Origin: an uncultured Chloroflexia bacterium
GTDB lineage: Bacteria > Chloroflexota > UBA6077 > JACCZL01
Assembly: GCA_963765765.1 (NCBI GenBank)
Contig: CAVXYC010000018.1
Span: forward strand, 64,001-128,000
Length of the DNA: 64,000 nt
Reading direction: 5' to 3'
Below are positions 17,892 to 28,004 of the stretch, piece by piece. Position 1 is the first letter of the stretch, and each line of letters begins with the position of its first letter. The notes beneath the pieces are model-generated. The model was given only the letters and a program-made list of their open reading frames with translations, was not told where the DNA came from and ran no database searches. Made by a program: the position numbers and the translations under genes.

Positions 17892-18788
17892 CTAATCCAC
17901 TCTGACCTTTGTCTGCGCACGCTCTTCCTGGAGCATCCAGATCGCCGAAGAATCCTTGGAGTCCCACCCTCTTGAGAGCCCCTCGATCAGAGCTTGCTCT
18001 GCGAGGTTGGACACGTTCATTGGCACGTTGTACTCGCGTCCCAGCTCCGTAGCGAGGCCCACGTCTTTGCGGGCCAGAGCAAGGTAGAAGTCGGCCTGAT
18101 CAAACCGGTCCTTGAAGATGATGTTCGGCAGGCGATGCTTGAGCAGGTTCCCCTGACCGAATGCGCCACCCTGAATCGCTTCCAGAAGCTTCTCCGGTTT
18201 CACACCCGCCTTCACACCGAGAGTGAATACTTCCGCCATGGCCACGGCGGTCGCGTAGCTCAGCGTGTTGTGGCACAGCTTGGCGATCTCGCCAGCGCCG
18301 ATCTCGCCGATGTAGCTGACCTTGTCGCCAATCCCAAGGAGCGCCGGGCGGATTCGCTCGTAGATCTCTTCATCGCCACCAACCATGACCTGCAGCGTGC
18401 CGCGCTCCGCGCCGCCCGGACCACCACTCACCGGCGCATCGAGCACGTGGATGCCTTGAGTGCCAAGCTCTTTGTAGATGCGGCGAATGAGCGTGGGCGA
18501 GCTGGTAGAAAGGTCTGCGTATACCGCTCCGGAAGCAGCGCCCTGAAGGATGCCTCCTTCGCCCAGCGCGACTTCCTCAACCTGCTTCGGCCCGGGTAGC
18601 GACGTGAGAATGAGCTCGGCGCCCTGAGCCGCCTCGGCTGCGCTCTCGGCAAATCGAGCGCCGCTTCTCACGTGCGAATCGGCGGCGGCTCGATTCACGT
18701 CGTGTACCACCACGTCGTGCCCGGCCTTCTGCAGGTTGGCGGCCATGTGCCGCCCCATGTTCCCCAATCCGATAAATGCAATGCGCAT
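17892..18788 (-). CDS. Beta-hydroxyacid dehydrogenase (3-hydroxyisobutyrate/tartronate semialdehyde reductase family)
   Basis: FIGLGNMG, DAPVSGG, KLCHN, KDVGLA. Confidence 0.93.
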   Translation of the reverse strand: MRIAFIGLGNMGRHMAANLQKAGHDVVVHDVNRAAADSHVRSGARFAESAAEAAQGAELILTSLPGPKQVEEVALGEGGILQGAASGAVYADLSTSSPTLIRRIYKELGTQGIHVLDAPVSGGPGGAERGTLQVMVGGDEEIYERIRPALLGIGDKVSYIGEIGAGEIAKLCHNTLSYATAVAMAEVFTLGVKAGVKPEKLLEAIQGGAFGQGNLLKHRLPNIIFKDRFDQADFYLALARKDVGLATELGREYNVPMNVSNLAEQALIEGLSRGWDSKDSSAIWMLQEERAQTKVRVD

Positions 18789-18917
18789 GGTTCAGGTCCT
18801 CCGGAAGCGTGTCCGAACCAGTGTAATCCCGACTGGTAACCCGCGCTCGGCGGTTCATTGCGAGCCACGGATGCGCTCCCTAGACTGTCTGTCACTATCG
18901 ACACGAGGAGAGAGCAC

Positions 18918-19451
18918 ATGCCTGGGAAAGCCCGACGCATCGTCACAGCGGTCAATGAGCAGGGCCGTTCGTACATCCTGTCCGACATGGAGTTTCCAGC
19001 AGGTGACATCGACCCGGCGCATGGGGTGCGTGCGGGGCTGTGGCTGACAGACCGCGCCAGGCCCTCGAACGCGGGAGCGCACGATCCCGCACCAGACGGC
19101 GTCATCACCCAGACCCCGCCAGAGCATCGTGGCGGCACGGTGATTCGTATCTCTGACGTGTTGCCCGATGGAGTTCGCAAAGTAGATGCAGCCGAGATGC
19201 AGCGTCGCGGAGCTCAGACGACCCCGGACCGCTCAGCGATTCATCCCAACTTCCACAAGACCAACACCATCGACTACGCGATCTGCCTGGAAGGCGAGGT
19301 CTACGCCGTGATGGATGAAGGCGAGACGCTGATGAAAGCCGGCGACGTCCTGATCCAGCGAGGCACCTTCCACGCCTGGTCAAACCGCAGCGACACGATC
19401 GCAAGGATGTGCTACGTGCTCATCGACGCGGAGCCGTTAGAAGGCCACTAG
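18918..19451 (+). CDS. Cupin domain protein
   Basis: RRIVTA N-terminus, HKTNTIDY, GDVLIQRGTFHAWSN. GAGGAG RBS. Confidence 0.88.
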   Translation: MPGKARRIVTAVNEQGRSYILSDMEFPAGDIDPAHGVRAGLWLTDRARPSNAGAHDPAPDGVITQTPPEHRGGTVIRISDVLPDGVRKVDAAEMQRRGAQTTPDRSAIHPNFHKTNTIDYAICLEGEVYAVMDEGETLMKAGDVLIQRGTFHAWSNRSDTIARMCYVLIDAEPLEGH

Positions 19452-19475
19452 AGTCGAGTCAACAGGTTGGGCGTA

Positions 19476-19591
19476 GGAAGGACCCCACCCCAGCCCTCCC
19501 CGCTGCGGCAGGGAGGAGCCGGTGACCAAGAAAGCTGGAGAATCCGGCTCCCTCCCTGCCGCAGCGGGGAGGGCTGGGGTGGGGTTCTTCC
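19476..19591. repeat. REP-like inverted pair (about 47-bp arms) between convergent genes
   Basis: CCCCACCCCAGCCCTCCCCGCTGCGGCAGGGAGG and its reverse complement. Confidence 0.75.
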
Positions 19592-19615
19592 GCGAAAAGC
19601 TGGGGCCCTGCAAAA

Positions 19616-20776
19616 CTACTTCCCAAACGCCGGCAGCACGTGCTTCCCGAATAGCTCGAGCTGCTCCAGGATGTACTTCTGCGGAGTCCCGACGGCGTGG
19701 CCGATGTTGATCTCCTCACAGCCGGGGAAACGGTCCTGAACTTCCTGGAGCTTCTCGATAATGCGCTCCGGCCGACCCACCAGCCACGAGCCATTCTTCA
19801 CGGCTAGCTCCGGTGTGGGAAGGCCGGCTGCGCGGGCACGCTTCGGATCGGCGGCAGCGTCTACCTGCTCCGGCGTGAGGCCCTTCACGAAGCCGAGCGG
19901 CGCGAACATCTTGACGTTCTCTTCGAAGAACGGTGTGACCTCGCGGATGGCATCCTCCTCGGAGTCAGCGATCCAGACGCTGTAGGTGATGACCAGGTCG
20001 CCACCAAGCTCGGTCTCTCGGCCGTGCTGCGCAAGCGTCTCCTGCCAGGCCTGAACGACCCTGGGGTCCGCTCCGCCGGCCGCGGCGCCACCGCCGATAA
20101 TGCCCTTCATCCCGTGCTTCGCCATGAATGACATGCCCCTCGGGCTGGCGCTCACGATGGGCTGGTAGCAGTCCACTGGCCGTGTGCGCGGACGGGGCAC
20201 CAACGAGAGGTTCTCCAGCTCATAACCGCGATACGGCACACGCGGCGGAAGGGTGTAGTGCTTGCCCTGGTGCGAGAAGGAGCGCTCGTTGAACGCCTTG
20301 AAGATGATCTCGGCTTGCTCCTCAAAGAGCTCGCGATTGAAGTCGGCGTCCAGCATCGGGGCGCCAAATGTCTCCACCTCGCGCGTATGGTAGCCCCGGC
20401 CGATGCCGAACGTAACGCGGCCGCCGGTCAGGATGTCCGCCACCGCGTAATCCTCGGCTAAGCGTAACGGGTGCCACATGGGGTTAATGTTGAAGCCGCA
20501 GCCAAATTTGAGTCGTTCCGTCTGATTGGCCAGGTGCAAGGCCAGCATCAGAATGTTGGGGATGACCTCGTAGCCCTCGCGCTGGAAATGATGCTCGGCC
20601 ATCCAGAGTGTGTAGAAGCCGAGGCGATCCATGGCCTTCGCCATGGCGGTGGTCTTGTCGAAGACTGTGTTGAGGTGCTCGTCAGAGAGCCAGCGATCGT
20701 TGACCGGCGTAGCCTCATAGCCGAGATCTTCGAAGTCCACGTGTCCGGCAAAGAGGCTATCGAATCGCTTGATCAT
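19616..20776 (-). CDS. LLM class flavin-dependent oxidoreductase
   Basis: WMAEHHF, HPLRLAEDYAVADILTGGRVTFGIGRGY, FGKHVLP. Confidence 0.92.
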   Translation of the reverse strand: MIKRFDSLFAGHVDFEDLGYEATPVNDRWLSDEHLNTVFDKTTAMAKAMDRLGFYTLWMAEHHFQREGYEVIPNILMLALHLANQTERLKFGCGFNINPMWHPLRLAEDYAVADILTGGRVTFGIGRGYHTREVETFGAPMLDADFNRELFEEQAEIIFKAFNERSFSHQGKHYTLPPRVPYRGYELENLSLVPRPRTRPVDCYQPIVSASPRGMSFMAKHGMKGIIGGGAAAGGADPRVVQAWQETLAQHGRETELGGDLVITYSVWIADSEEDAIREVTPFFEENVKMFAPLGFVKGLTPEQVDAAADPKRARAAGLPTPELAVKNGSWLVGRPERIIEKLQEVQDRFPGCEEINIGHAVGTPQKYILEQLELFGKHVLPAFGK

Positions 20777-20793
20777 ATTGGGAGCCTCCAGCT

Positions 20794-20880
20794 CAGTGAA
20801 GAGTTAAGAGTGCAGCGTGAAAATGCATACCTAGAACATTCGATCAACACTCTTCACTCTGCACTCTTAACTCTTCACTG
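20794..20880. repeat. Inverted heptamer-repeat hairpin
   Basis: CAGTGAAGAGTTAAGAGTGCAG / CTGCACTCTTAACTCTTCACTG, 22-bp perfect arms built from 7-nt units. Confidence 0.7.
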
Positions 20881-20896
20881 CCCCTACGGGCCATAA

Positions 20897-22128
20897 TTGC
20901 CCCTGTCAATGTTCGCCGTTCCCTGGACCCGGTACCTCTTCGTGGTGCTGCTCACGTCAAGCGAGAGCATCGCATACATACTTATCCCGCCGTATTTGCA
21001 GGAGCAGGGCTTTGACTATTCGCTCATTGGCCTACTGGTGGGCATCACCGGCGTGGCATCGCTCGGCTCCAGGTTTCCATCTGGCATGATCTATCGGCGT
21101 CACCGCGCCCAGCTTTTCACCAGCCTGGCATTGGCGCTGGTGGGCGTGTCGTATCTCTGCTACCCGCTAGCGGACAATGTCGGCTGGATCGCGCTCGCCT
21201 TGGGCGCCATTGGCTTTGGCTCGGGAGTGGCCACAACGCTCAACATGGCGATGTTCATGGACGCCATGCCGGCCGGCGCGGACAAGCACAACGCGATGTC
21301 CTTTTATGCAGCCACGATCTCTTTCGGACACTTGCTGGGCGGTCTCATCGGCGGGAATGCGGCGGATGCGTTCGGCTTCATTCCCTCGTTTCAGCTCGCC
21401 GCGGGATCCACCCTCGCAGCCATCGGCATTCTCTGGCTGGATCGCCTTCCCGCCGTATCCATCACCCGGCGGCGCATCACGCCCGCGGTTCCCAGCACGC
21501 GAGTCGACGCGATCGCTTCGTCGCGCTCATGCGCGTCTTTGCCGAACCGAAGATGGTGGTCATCTCCACCGTTGCGTTCTTGCTGAACTTCCTGCACGGC
21601 ATCGTCACCACGTTCTTCCCACTGTACGGCCTCGCGGCCGGCATGTCGCTCTCTGAGATAGCCTGGCTCAAGAGCGCACATTCACTCACCAACACATTTG
21701 CCCGGCCCGTAGCGGGAACGCCTATCCGATGGTTGGGAGCGGATCGCGCTTCCTACATCAGTCTGGCGCTGCTTGCGGGACTCATCACGTTGCTGCCCGG
21801 CCAGAATCAGTTCTGGATATTCGCCGCGCTGCTGGCGGGCATTGGTTTGATGCGCGCAATTGTCATGGTGGCTAATACCGTATCCATGGCAGACATGGAC
21901 GAATCGCGGATCAGTCGCGGCACAGCATCAGGCTTCTATCACTCCAGTAAGGACATGGGCAGCTTGAGCAGCCCTGCTATATGCGGCGCGCTGGCCTCCG
22001 CGGTTGGGTTGGGAACGATGCTAGTTGCGGCTCCAGTGGCCGCCACGGGTATCTTCTTCGGGATGGTAGGGCTGATGAGTCGCCGCAGGCTGGCGCGGCT
22101 GGAGAAGCCGGAGCCATTAACGACGTAG
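20897..22128 (+). CDS. MFS transporter, frameshift near 21500
   Basis: Two consecutive hydrophobic ORFs (20897..21586, 21529..22128), about 6 TM each. Confidence 0.8.
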
Positions 22129-22204
22129 AGGTCCTCGGGCACATTGGGACACCTTATGCGGGTACGTCGCAGATACTATGAATGCGTTCGAGCGAGGAGG
22201 GAAC

Positions 22205-23350
22205 ATGGTTGACACGGCCGGTGAGAAGAAGGTGAAAGCTCCGCTGCAGCAACGCGATCTCCAGCCGCGCTACCTCTATGACGAGTGGATGGAGTCGCAG
22301 GGCGTCCCAGTAGTCAAGGGCTACTACGTGGAGGACTTGCGCAACGTGGAGGTGGGCTGGTGGGAAGCGCGCCAGTGTAACGCCGCCTTCATCCAACTCA
22401 TGGGCTCAGAGGGCGTCAATGAGGTCCGCATCACCGAGATTGGCCCGGGAAAAAGCTTGCCTTCCTTCCAGTTTGCGCTGGACGAGATCTGCTACGTAGC
22501 CGCCGGCAATGGTGTGACCACCGTCTGGGAGAGTGACGGCGCCAAGCCACAGACCTTTGAGTGGCAGCCGCATTCCATGTTCATGATCCCGCGTAATTGG
22601 AAGCACCAGCACGTCAATATGCGCGGCGATCAGTCCGCCCGGATCATGCACTACAACTACCTTCCCATGGCGCTCTGCCTGGTCCGCGACCCGGAGTTCT
22701 TCTTCAACAATCCTTACCAGGAGAGCGCGGCCGTAGCTGCCCAGCGCGAGTTCTACTCTGAAGCCAAGATGGAGGCGGACTGGGAAAAGAGCTGGAGGGC
22801 GCGCGGCGCCTACTGGTACGGCAACTTCTTCCCGGACATGCGCGCCTGGGACCAGCTTGTGCCGCACAAAGGCCGTGGCGCGGGCGGTCATCGGTTGGAC
22901 CTGCAATTCCCCAGCTCAGACATGTCCGGCCATATGTCCGTGTTTCCCCCGCTTACCTATAAGAAGGGTCACCGTCACGGACCAGGCCGAGCCATAATCA
23001 TCCCCAAAGGCGAGGGCTACTCGGTCATGTGGCCTGAGGGCTCGGAGAAGATCGTCATCCCGTGGCATGAGCTGAGCATGTTCACTCCGCCCGACCGCTG
23101 GTTCCATCAGCACTTCAACACCGGTGCGGAGCCGGCGCGCTACCTGGCGCTGCATCCACTGCCGCAGTTCTCCGGTCACGCCGAAAAGGTCGAAGACCGG
23201 GCGAAGGACATGTTCGAGTACCCGGATGAAGATCCCTGGATTCGTCAGAAGTTCGAAGAGGAGCTCGGCAAGAAGGGCCTGAAATCGCTCATGCCCGAAG
23301 AGGCGTACCAGAATCGCGACTACGTGTGGGCTTATAAGGAAGACGAATAA
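22205..23350 (+). CDS. Bicupin protein (gentisate 1,2-dioxygenase-like fold), substrate unknown
   Basis: HQHVN, KKGHRHGPG, WFHQHFNTG motifs. GAGGAGG RBS before ATG 22205. Confidence 0.8.
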   Translation: MVDTAGEKKVKAPLQQRDLQPRYLYDEWMESQGVPVVKGYYVEDLRNVEVGWWEARQCNAAFIQLMGSEGVNEVRITEIGPGKSLPSFQFALDEICYVAAGNGVTTVWESDGAKPQTFEWQPHSMFMIPRNWKHQHVNMRGDQSARIMHYNYLPMALCLVRDPEFFFNNPYQESAAVAAQREFYSEAKMEADWEKSWRARGAYWYGNFFPDMRAWDQLVPHKGRGAGGHRLDLQFPSSDMSGHMSVFPPLTYKKGHRHGPGRAIIIPKGEGYSVMWPEGSEKIVIPWHELSMFTPPDRWFHQHFNTGAEPARYLALHPLPQFSGHAEKVEDRAKDMFEYPDEDPWIRQKFEEELGKKGLKSLMPEEAYQNRDYVWAYKEDE

Positions 23351-23605
23351 CCGCCGCCCGGTGGGAAGGACATCAGTGCGCCGTGTGGCCGCGGGCAGCC
23401 TACCCCTTCCGAAACTGGGGATCGGGCGGACGAGATCCAACTGCGCTCGCATGAACACAGGCAACCAACCTGCCTAACGCATCGGTTCACCGCCTCAGTT
23501 CAGCGCCACCGTTCACGGTGGCGCCCCGCATGGGACAATAATCACGCGGGCCAATCGGCGAGACCGCTGCCAACAGCTGCTCGACACCGATATAAGCCAG
23601 CCGAT

Positions 23606-24712
23606 CTAATGGATGATCGGCTGGCTAGTGATCCAAGCGTCGCGCCACATGTGGCGAGCGTTACTTGCGAGCTCCTCGAAGAGGTAAATTCCGCCGTCGA
23701 CATTTGCGAAGAAGAGAAGACCTCGGCTCGTGTGCTGCACTGCGACGCCAGAAATGGGGCTGAGCTCATCCTCTAGCGGGTCGCCTAGCAGGTCCGGTTC
23801 CAGGCGCGCCCACCGCTCGAAGCCGAACTGGAACCGGGGCTCCGTCGGCTCAGTCCCGGGTAGCGTCTGCGGTCCGCCACACCGGCGCTGGAACTCCCGG
23901 CAGGCATCCCGCCAATGGCCGTTCTCCTCGACGAGACCGAAGGCTCCCTCGCCCGGGATCCCAATGCGGTCCTTCCAGGCGAAGTAGCAGAAAAACTCCA
24001 CTACATCCTGGGGCAGGCGGGCCATGAGCCCGAATAGCCGCCGTACGTACTCAGCCTGGCCGCTTTGACCTCCGGCTTCTCCAACTTTTACTCCGAGCTC
24101 CGTGAGGACCAGCGGCCGGCCGGCCAGCCCCCGCGCCCGGGCAACCGCTTCGGCAAGCTCTCCCCAGTCCTCATGCGCGGGGTGGCCGTCGATCTTCTGT
24201 CCGTATGGGTGAAATGCCTGAAAATCGGCTGCGTCACCCATCGCGCCAGTCATGGCTTCCAGGTACTCCTGCCAGCGCCCACTGGCGACCGATGGCGCGA
24301 TCACTCGCATGTTCGCATCGCGAAGGTGAGGTGCGGCGTCGAGAACCAGCTGGGCGGCGAATTCCGGGGTCAGCAACGGATTGGGCTCGTGGCCTTCAGG
24401 CGGCTGCCAGTGCCAGATGTCAAGCTCGTTCGCGCACTCTACGGCGTGGACCCGTCCGGAGAACCGTTGGGCGAAGTCCGCAATGGTCGCTTGCCAGCCA
24501 CTGAAGTCGCCTCCAATTCCTATCGTTTGGCCCTCCAGGAGGACGCACAGCTTCACCGATGACGGCCATGGAGACGCGCCGAGCTCCCGATCGAACTGGT
24601 CGATGTCCTTGACAAGGCAGCGGATCCAGCCGTTGAGCAATCCGAGGTTCGCCAGATCCTCCGCGGTTGGCAGGGTCGTTTGGTTGATGACCAGGCCTGC
24701 CCTCAAATGCAT
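23606..24712 (-). CDS. Clan GH-A-like TIM-barrel glycoside hydrolase with C-terminal LGFP-like domain
   Basis: VECANE (acid/base), FHPYG, LVLTELG (nucleophile), FAW, FGLV. C-terminal FQFGF...LLGDPLEDE...QHTSRGLL. Confidence 0.75.
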   Translation of the reverse strand: MHLRAGLVINQTTLPTAEDLANLGLLNGWIRCLVKDIDQFDRELGASPWPSSVKLCVLLEGQTIGIGGDFSGWQATIADFAQRFSGRVHAVECANELDIWHWQPPEGHEPNPLLTPEFAAQLVLDAAPHLRDANMRVIAPSVASGRWQEYLEAMTGAMGDAADFQAFHPYGQKIDGHPAHEDWGELAEAVARARGLAGRPLVLTELGVKVGEAGGQSGQAEYVRRLFGLMARLPQDVVEFFCYFAWKDRIGIPGEGAFGLVEENGHWRDACREFQRRCGGPQTLPGTEPTEPRFQFGFERWARLEPDLLGDPLEDELSPISGVAVQHTSRGLLFFANVDGGIYLFEELASNARHMWRDAWITSQPIIH

Positions 24713-24749
24713 GCGGACTTCTCCTTCCAGAGCTCTGCTCGGCCCGCCG

Positions 24750-25823
24750 TCAGCCGCCCCACACCCACGGCTCTATCCACACGTTCCCACTACCGCCGCG
24801 ATGGCCCCGGTTGATATTGCCATCGGTGGCAATGGCCAGATGGAGGTGCGGCTCGGTACCTCCGCCCGACGCATAGCCGCCGGGCCCGGTCCCGGTACTA
24901 CCGACGCGTCCGATGAGCTGACCTCGCTCCACGCGCCCCGCCGTGAAGGGCACCGAGCCGTGCGCCAGGTAGTACGTCCGGCCGTCGTCGCCCTGGATCG
25001 TCGTCGCATAGCCACCGAATCGGAAGAGGGCGGAATTTGAATGCCCACTGCATGGTGCGTAGATGGGCGTACCCTCCGGGGCAAAGATATCAGCGGCCGG
25101 GGAACCGCCGTGGGTACCCTGATCGGTGCAGTACGCCGAGATGGCGTGCTCAATGACTTGACCGTGGCGCATGGCGGGTGCCCCAGCCGCATCTCGCACC
25201 GCTCCTCGCACCGCTCCCAGTGCCTCGAATCGCCGCACCATGCAAATAAATCGATCCCACCCATTCATTCCGCCGTTGACCAAGGTGCGGACGCGTACCC
25301 AGTCGCCCTGTGCCGCCGCGCGGGGAATGTTGCGGTCGCGGAAGTAATCAAGCAGCACAGGGACGGCAACCTCGGGCAGCATGGCCAAATCAGGCGATTC
25401 TTCGAGTGGTAGGCCGAGTTTCCCGCCATAGCTTCGATAATTTGCTCGCCCCGTCAGTTGGATAAACCCGCGGCCACAGAACTTTGCCCCATCACCCGGC
25501 CGCGTATTCCCCAGGTCCGCGCGGTTCTCGTAGTGTTGGGTGAAATAGCCGATATCGCCGATCTCCCGGATCGGGCGGAACGAGGAAGTCTCGACGCCAA
25601 TCGTCGCGAGCACGGCGATCACGCAGCTCAGGTCGTCAATGCCTCGGGTCCGTAATTCAGCCTCGATCGACGGCCAATACAGCGCGACATCAGTCGGCGA
25701 GCACGCGTTTCCGCCCCACGCTTCGTTAATGACTTGAGCGATCTCGCCGGGTGAAAACCATGTGGCCGCCACTTGCGGGGCGGTCCGTCGGCGCTGCTGT
25801 TGAGCAATGACCGCGGCGCTCAT
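24750..25823 (-). CDS. GH19 chitinase/lysozyme-like domain fused to M23 metallopeptidase
   Basis: LATIGVET, DLGN...GDG..FCGRGFIQLTGRANY, VNGGMNG. M23 H....ADI, YYLAH, GQLIGRVGSTG, PHLH. ATG overlaps the upstream TGA. Confidence 0.9.
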   Translation of the reverse strand: MSAAVIAQQQRRRTAPQVAATWFSPGEIAQVINEAWGGNACSPTDVALYWPSIEAELRTRGIDDLSCVIAVLATIGVETSSFRPIREIGDIGYFTQHYENRADLGNTRPGDGAKFCGRGFIQLTGRANYRSYGGKLGLPLEESPDLAMLPEVAVPVLLDYFRDRNIPRAAAQGDWVRVRTLVNGGMNGWDRFICMVRRFEALGAVRGAVRDAAGAPAMRHGQVIEHAISAYCTDQGTHGGSPAADIFAPEGTPIYAPCSGHSNSALFRFGGYATTIQGDDGRTYYLAHGSVPFTAGRVERGQLIGRVGSTGTGPGGYASGGGTEPHLHLAIATDGNINRGHRGGSGNVWIEPWVWGG

Positions 25824-26047
25824 AGAGCTTCCGGGCCATTCGGTGTCCACTTCACTATCCCATTTGCGAACGCCTGGTAAACGAGCTCACCATCGACGTG
25901 CTCCTGGCCGACCGGAGACCCAAGCTCCTTCCAGTGCTCCAGCCAGTACTTGTAAATCCCGGCTTCGGGATTGAGAACAAGCTGCTGTTCCGTCCGCACT
26001 GCGAACCATACGTCCCGAAGCGCTTGCTCAAGTCCGGCTTCCATCAT
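25820..26047 (-). CDS. Small LGFP-repeat-like protein
   Basis: GGGAGG RBS. IYKYW...LGSPVGQE......QAFANGIVKW. Confidence 0.7.
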   Translation of the reverse strand: MMEAGLEQALRDVWFAVRTEQQLVLNPEAGIYKYWLEHWKELGSPVGQEHVDGELVYQAFANGIVKWTPNGPEAL

Positions 26048-26315
26048 CGTCCTCCCTGACAATCCCGCAACGCGACTCCGCTCAGGCCCTGACGCAGCCC
26101 CTCGCCGTATCCGCTATGAGCGGCGCTCGAGCTCGGACCGTCCAAAACTTTCACCCAAATTGCCAAAAGTGGCTCAGTCTAGCACCAAAAAATCGCCGCA
26201 ACAATAGGTCAATTGGCCGAGTGCGAAACCAAATCGTTGTCGACAATTGCAGGGTGGCCGACCAGGGCGCTACCCGGGAGATCGCTCGCCGTTGGGAGAT
26301 TCGCCGTACGGTCGA

Positions 26316-26612
26316 CTACGGCCGCGGCACAGGCACATGATCCAGCGGCGGGTTGACGAAACCGGCGCCATCGGCTCCTTCGCAGGCAATCCCGTTGCGG
26401 CTGCGATCGATGTTCAGCGGATCGGCCGGATTTGCGCGTAGGTACGCTTGCGCGGCAGCATGGTTCGGGAACCTTGAGCAGGCAGCGCCGGGAGCTGCTC
26501 CTGCTGGAGCTTCCGCGCTGGCGGCAGACCTCTGGATAGTCGCGCTCGATCCAGCAGGGGGAAGCGTCCAGACACTGACGCATATGTCTATCGTTGGCGT
26601 GTTCGCAACGAC
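26316..26612 (-). pseudogene. Excalibur calcium-binding-domain reading frame lacking a start codon
   Basis: Manual translation ...ACSRFPNHAAAQAYLRANPADPLNIDRSRNGIACE...PVPRP-TAG. No ATG between the upstream TAG (26613-26615) and the domain. Confidence 0.65.
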
Positions 26613-26678
26613 CTACCCGGGGCCAGGGATCAATCGTTCGACTAGTGATGGTTCGACTAGTCGGTGAGTGCGAACGAC

Positions 26679-27635
26679 TCAGCGAGATCCAACAGGCGAA
26701 CCTTCCGAAACCTCAGTCACCGTAAAGCTGCTCCACTGCCACTGCAGGAAAAAGCTCTTCACGCTGTTCACTTTGTCTGGCAGCCTGCGATTGGTGTGAA
26801 CAAGGTGCCAGACCTGCCGAGCAGGGAATCCCTCGACGCGCAGCAGCGAGAGCTGTTCCGCGGCGATGCGGCGAACCGCGGTGGGATAAGCGATCGCGGT
26901 GATGCCGTATCCGTGCAGCACGGCCTGCATGACCGAATCAGCGTCATCGAGCTCGAGGACATCCTGGATCTGTATCCCGTTCTGCCCCGCCAGGTCATCC
27001 AGGACACGGCGTCCCGCGTTTGGCGCAACCGGCAGCACAAATCGTTCACCTCGCAACGAGCTGAATGCATGCACCGGCCCGCTGGACAATGGGTGTCCAG
27101 GTGGCCCCACAAGGACAAGATCGAACCATACAAATGGCACCGCCTGAATGCCTGGATCTTCGGGCGCCCACGAGACCACGCCAAGATCCAGGCTCCCGTT
27201 GCGCACGCCCTCGAGAATTGCCGGCCGAAGGGCAACGGAAACCTGCAGGTCAATGTCAGGATAGGCTCGCTGAAACGCCATGTGGGACGGCGCCAGGAAA
27301 TAGCCGAAGAATGACGATCCTGTCCCTAAGCGGATGGCTTGCCGCCCACCTTGCCTCAGTGTCTCGAGCTGGGACAGCCCAACGTCAAAAGCGCCAAAGA
27401 CTTCGTCGCAGGTTCTGACGAGAATCTTCCCACCCTCAGTCAGCTCAACACCGCGGCGGCCGCTGCTGCGCTCGAAAAGCCGCAGCCGCAGTGTTTGTTC
27501 GAGATTCTTGATGTGCCCCGAGACTGATGGGGCCGCGATGGAGAGCGCCTCTGCAGCGCGCTGGAAGCTGCCGTGTCGCGCCGCGGCCGCGAACACTTTG
27601 AGCTGGTACAGAGTGATCGAGGACAGATAGTCCAC
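26679..27635 (-). CDS. LysR family transcriptional regulator
   Basis: TLYQLKVF..AARHGSFQRAAEALSIAAPSVSGHIKNLE...LFER. Confidence 0.93.
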   Translation of the reverse strand: MDYLSSITLYQLKVFAAAARHGSFQRAAEALSIAAPSVSGHIKNLEQTLRLRLFERSSGRRGVELTEGGKILVRTCDEVFGAFDVGLSQLETLRQGGRQAIRLGTGSSFFGYFLAPSHMAFQRAYPDIDLQVSVALRPAILEGVRNGSLDLGVVSWAPEDPGIQAVPFVWFDLVLVGPPGHPLSSGPVHAFSSLRGERFVLPVAPNAGRRVLDDLAGQNGIQIQDVLELDDADSVMQAVLHGYGITAIAYPTAVRRIAAEQLSLLRVEGFPARQVWHLVHTNRRLPDKVNSVKSFFLQWQWSSFTVTEVSEGSPVGSR

Positions 27636-28004
27636 TGCGGATCCTCACACGGGTCAGGCTCGAGCAGAAGCTTCCTGTCTCATTCTTGAGCGCCGCGGAC
27701 GTGTTGAGCAATGACTTCCGCATCGAATGACCTCTCAGACCCCCCAAAATGGCCCGCTCGGATCCCGCGCATTGGCTCTGGATTACTTCGGAGAAAGTCG
27801 ATGTTTTTGTTCGGCAGATTGCGAGCGCACGCTGGCCCGACCACCGGTAGCCTATCGAGGGATCTGGGCCGAGGGCGAAGCGCCAGCTTCGATGTGCACA
27901 CGGCGATACGAGAGATTGGCGGATCAGAAGATTGCCCGAGCGAGATCTTCGGGCCGCTGGCGAATAGCGGTTGCCTCCAGCAACGGACTGGATAGGAGGA
28001 CCAT

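Noticed and set aside
23606-26047. Prophage
   Set aside because: No integrase, terminase, structural or holin genes and no att-like repeats were seen.
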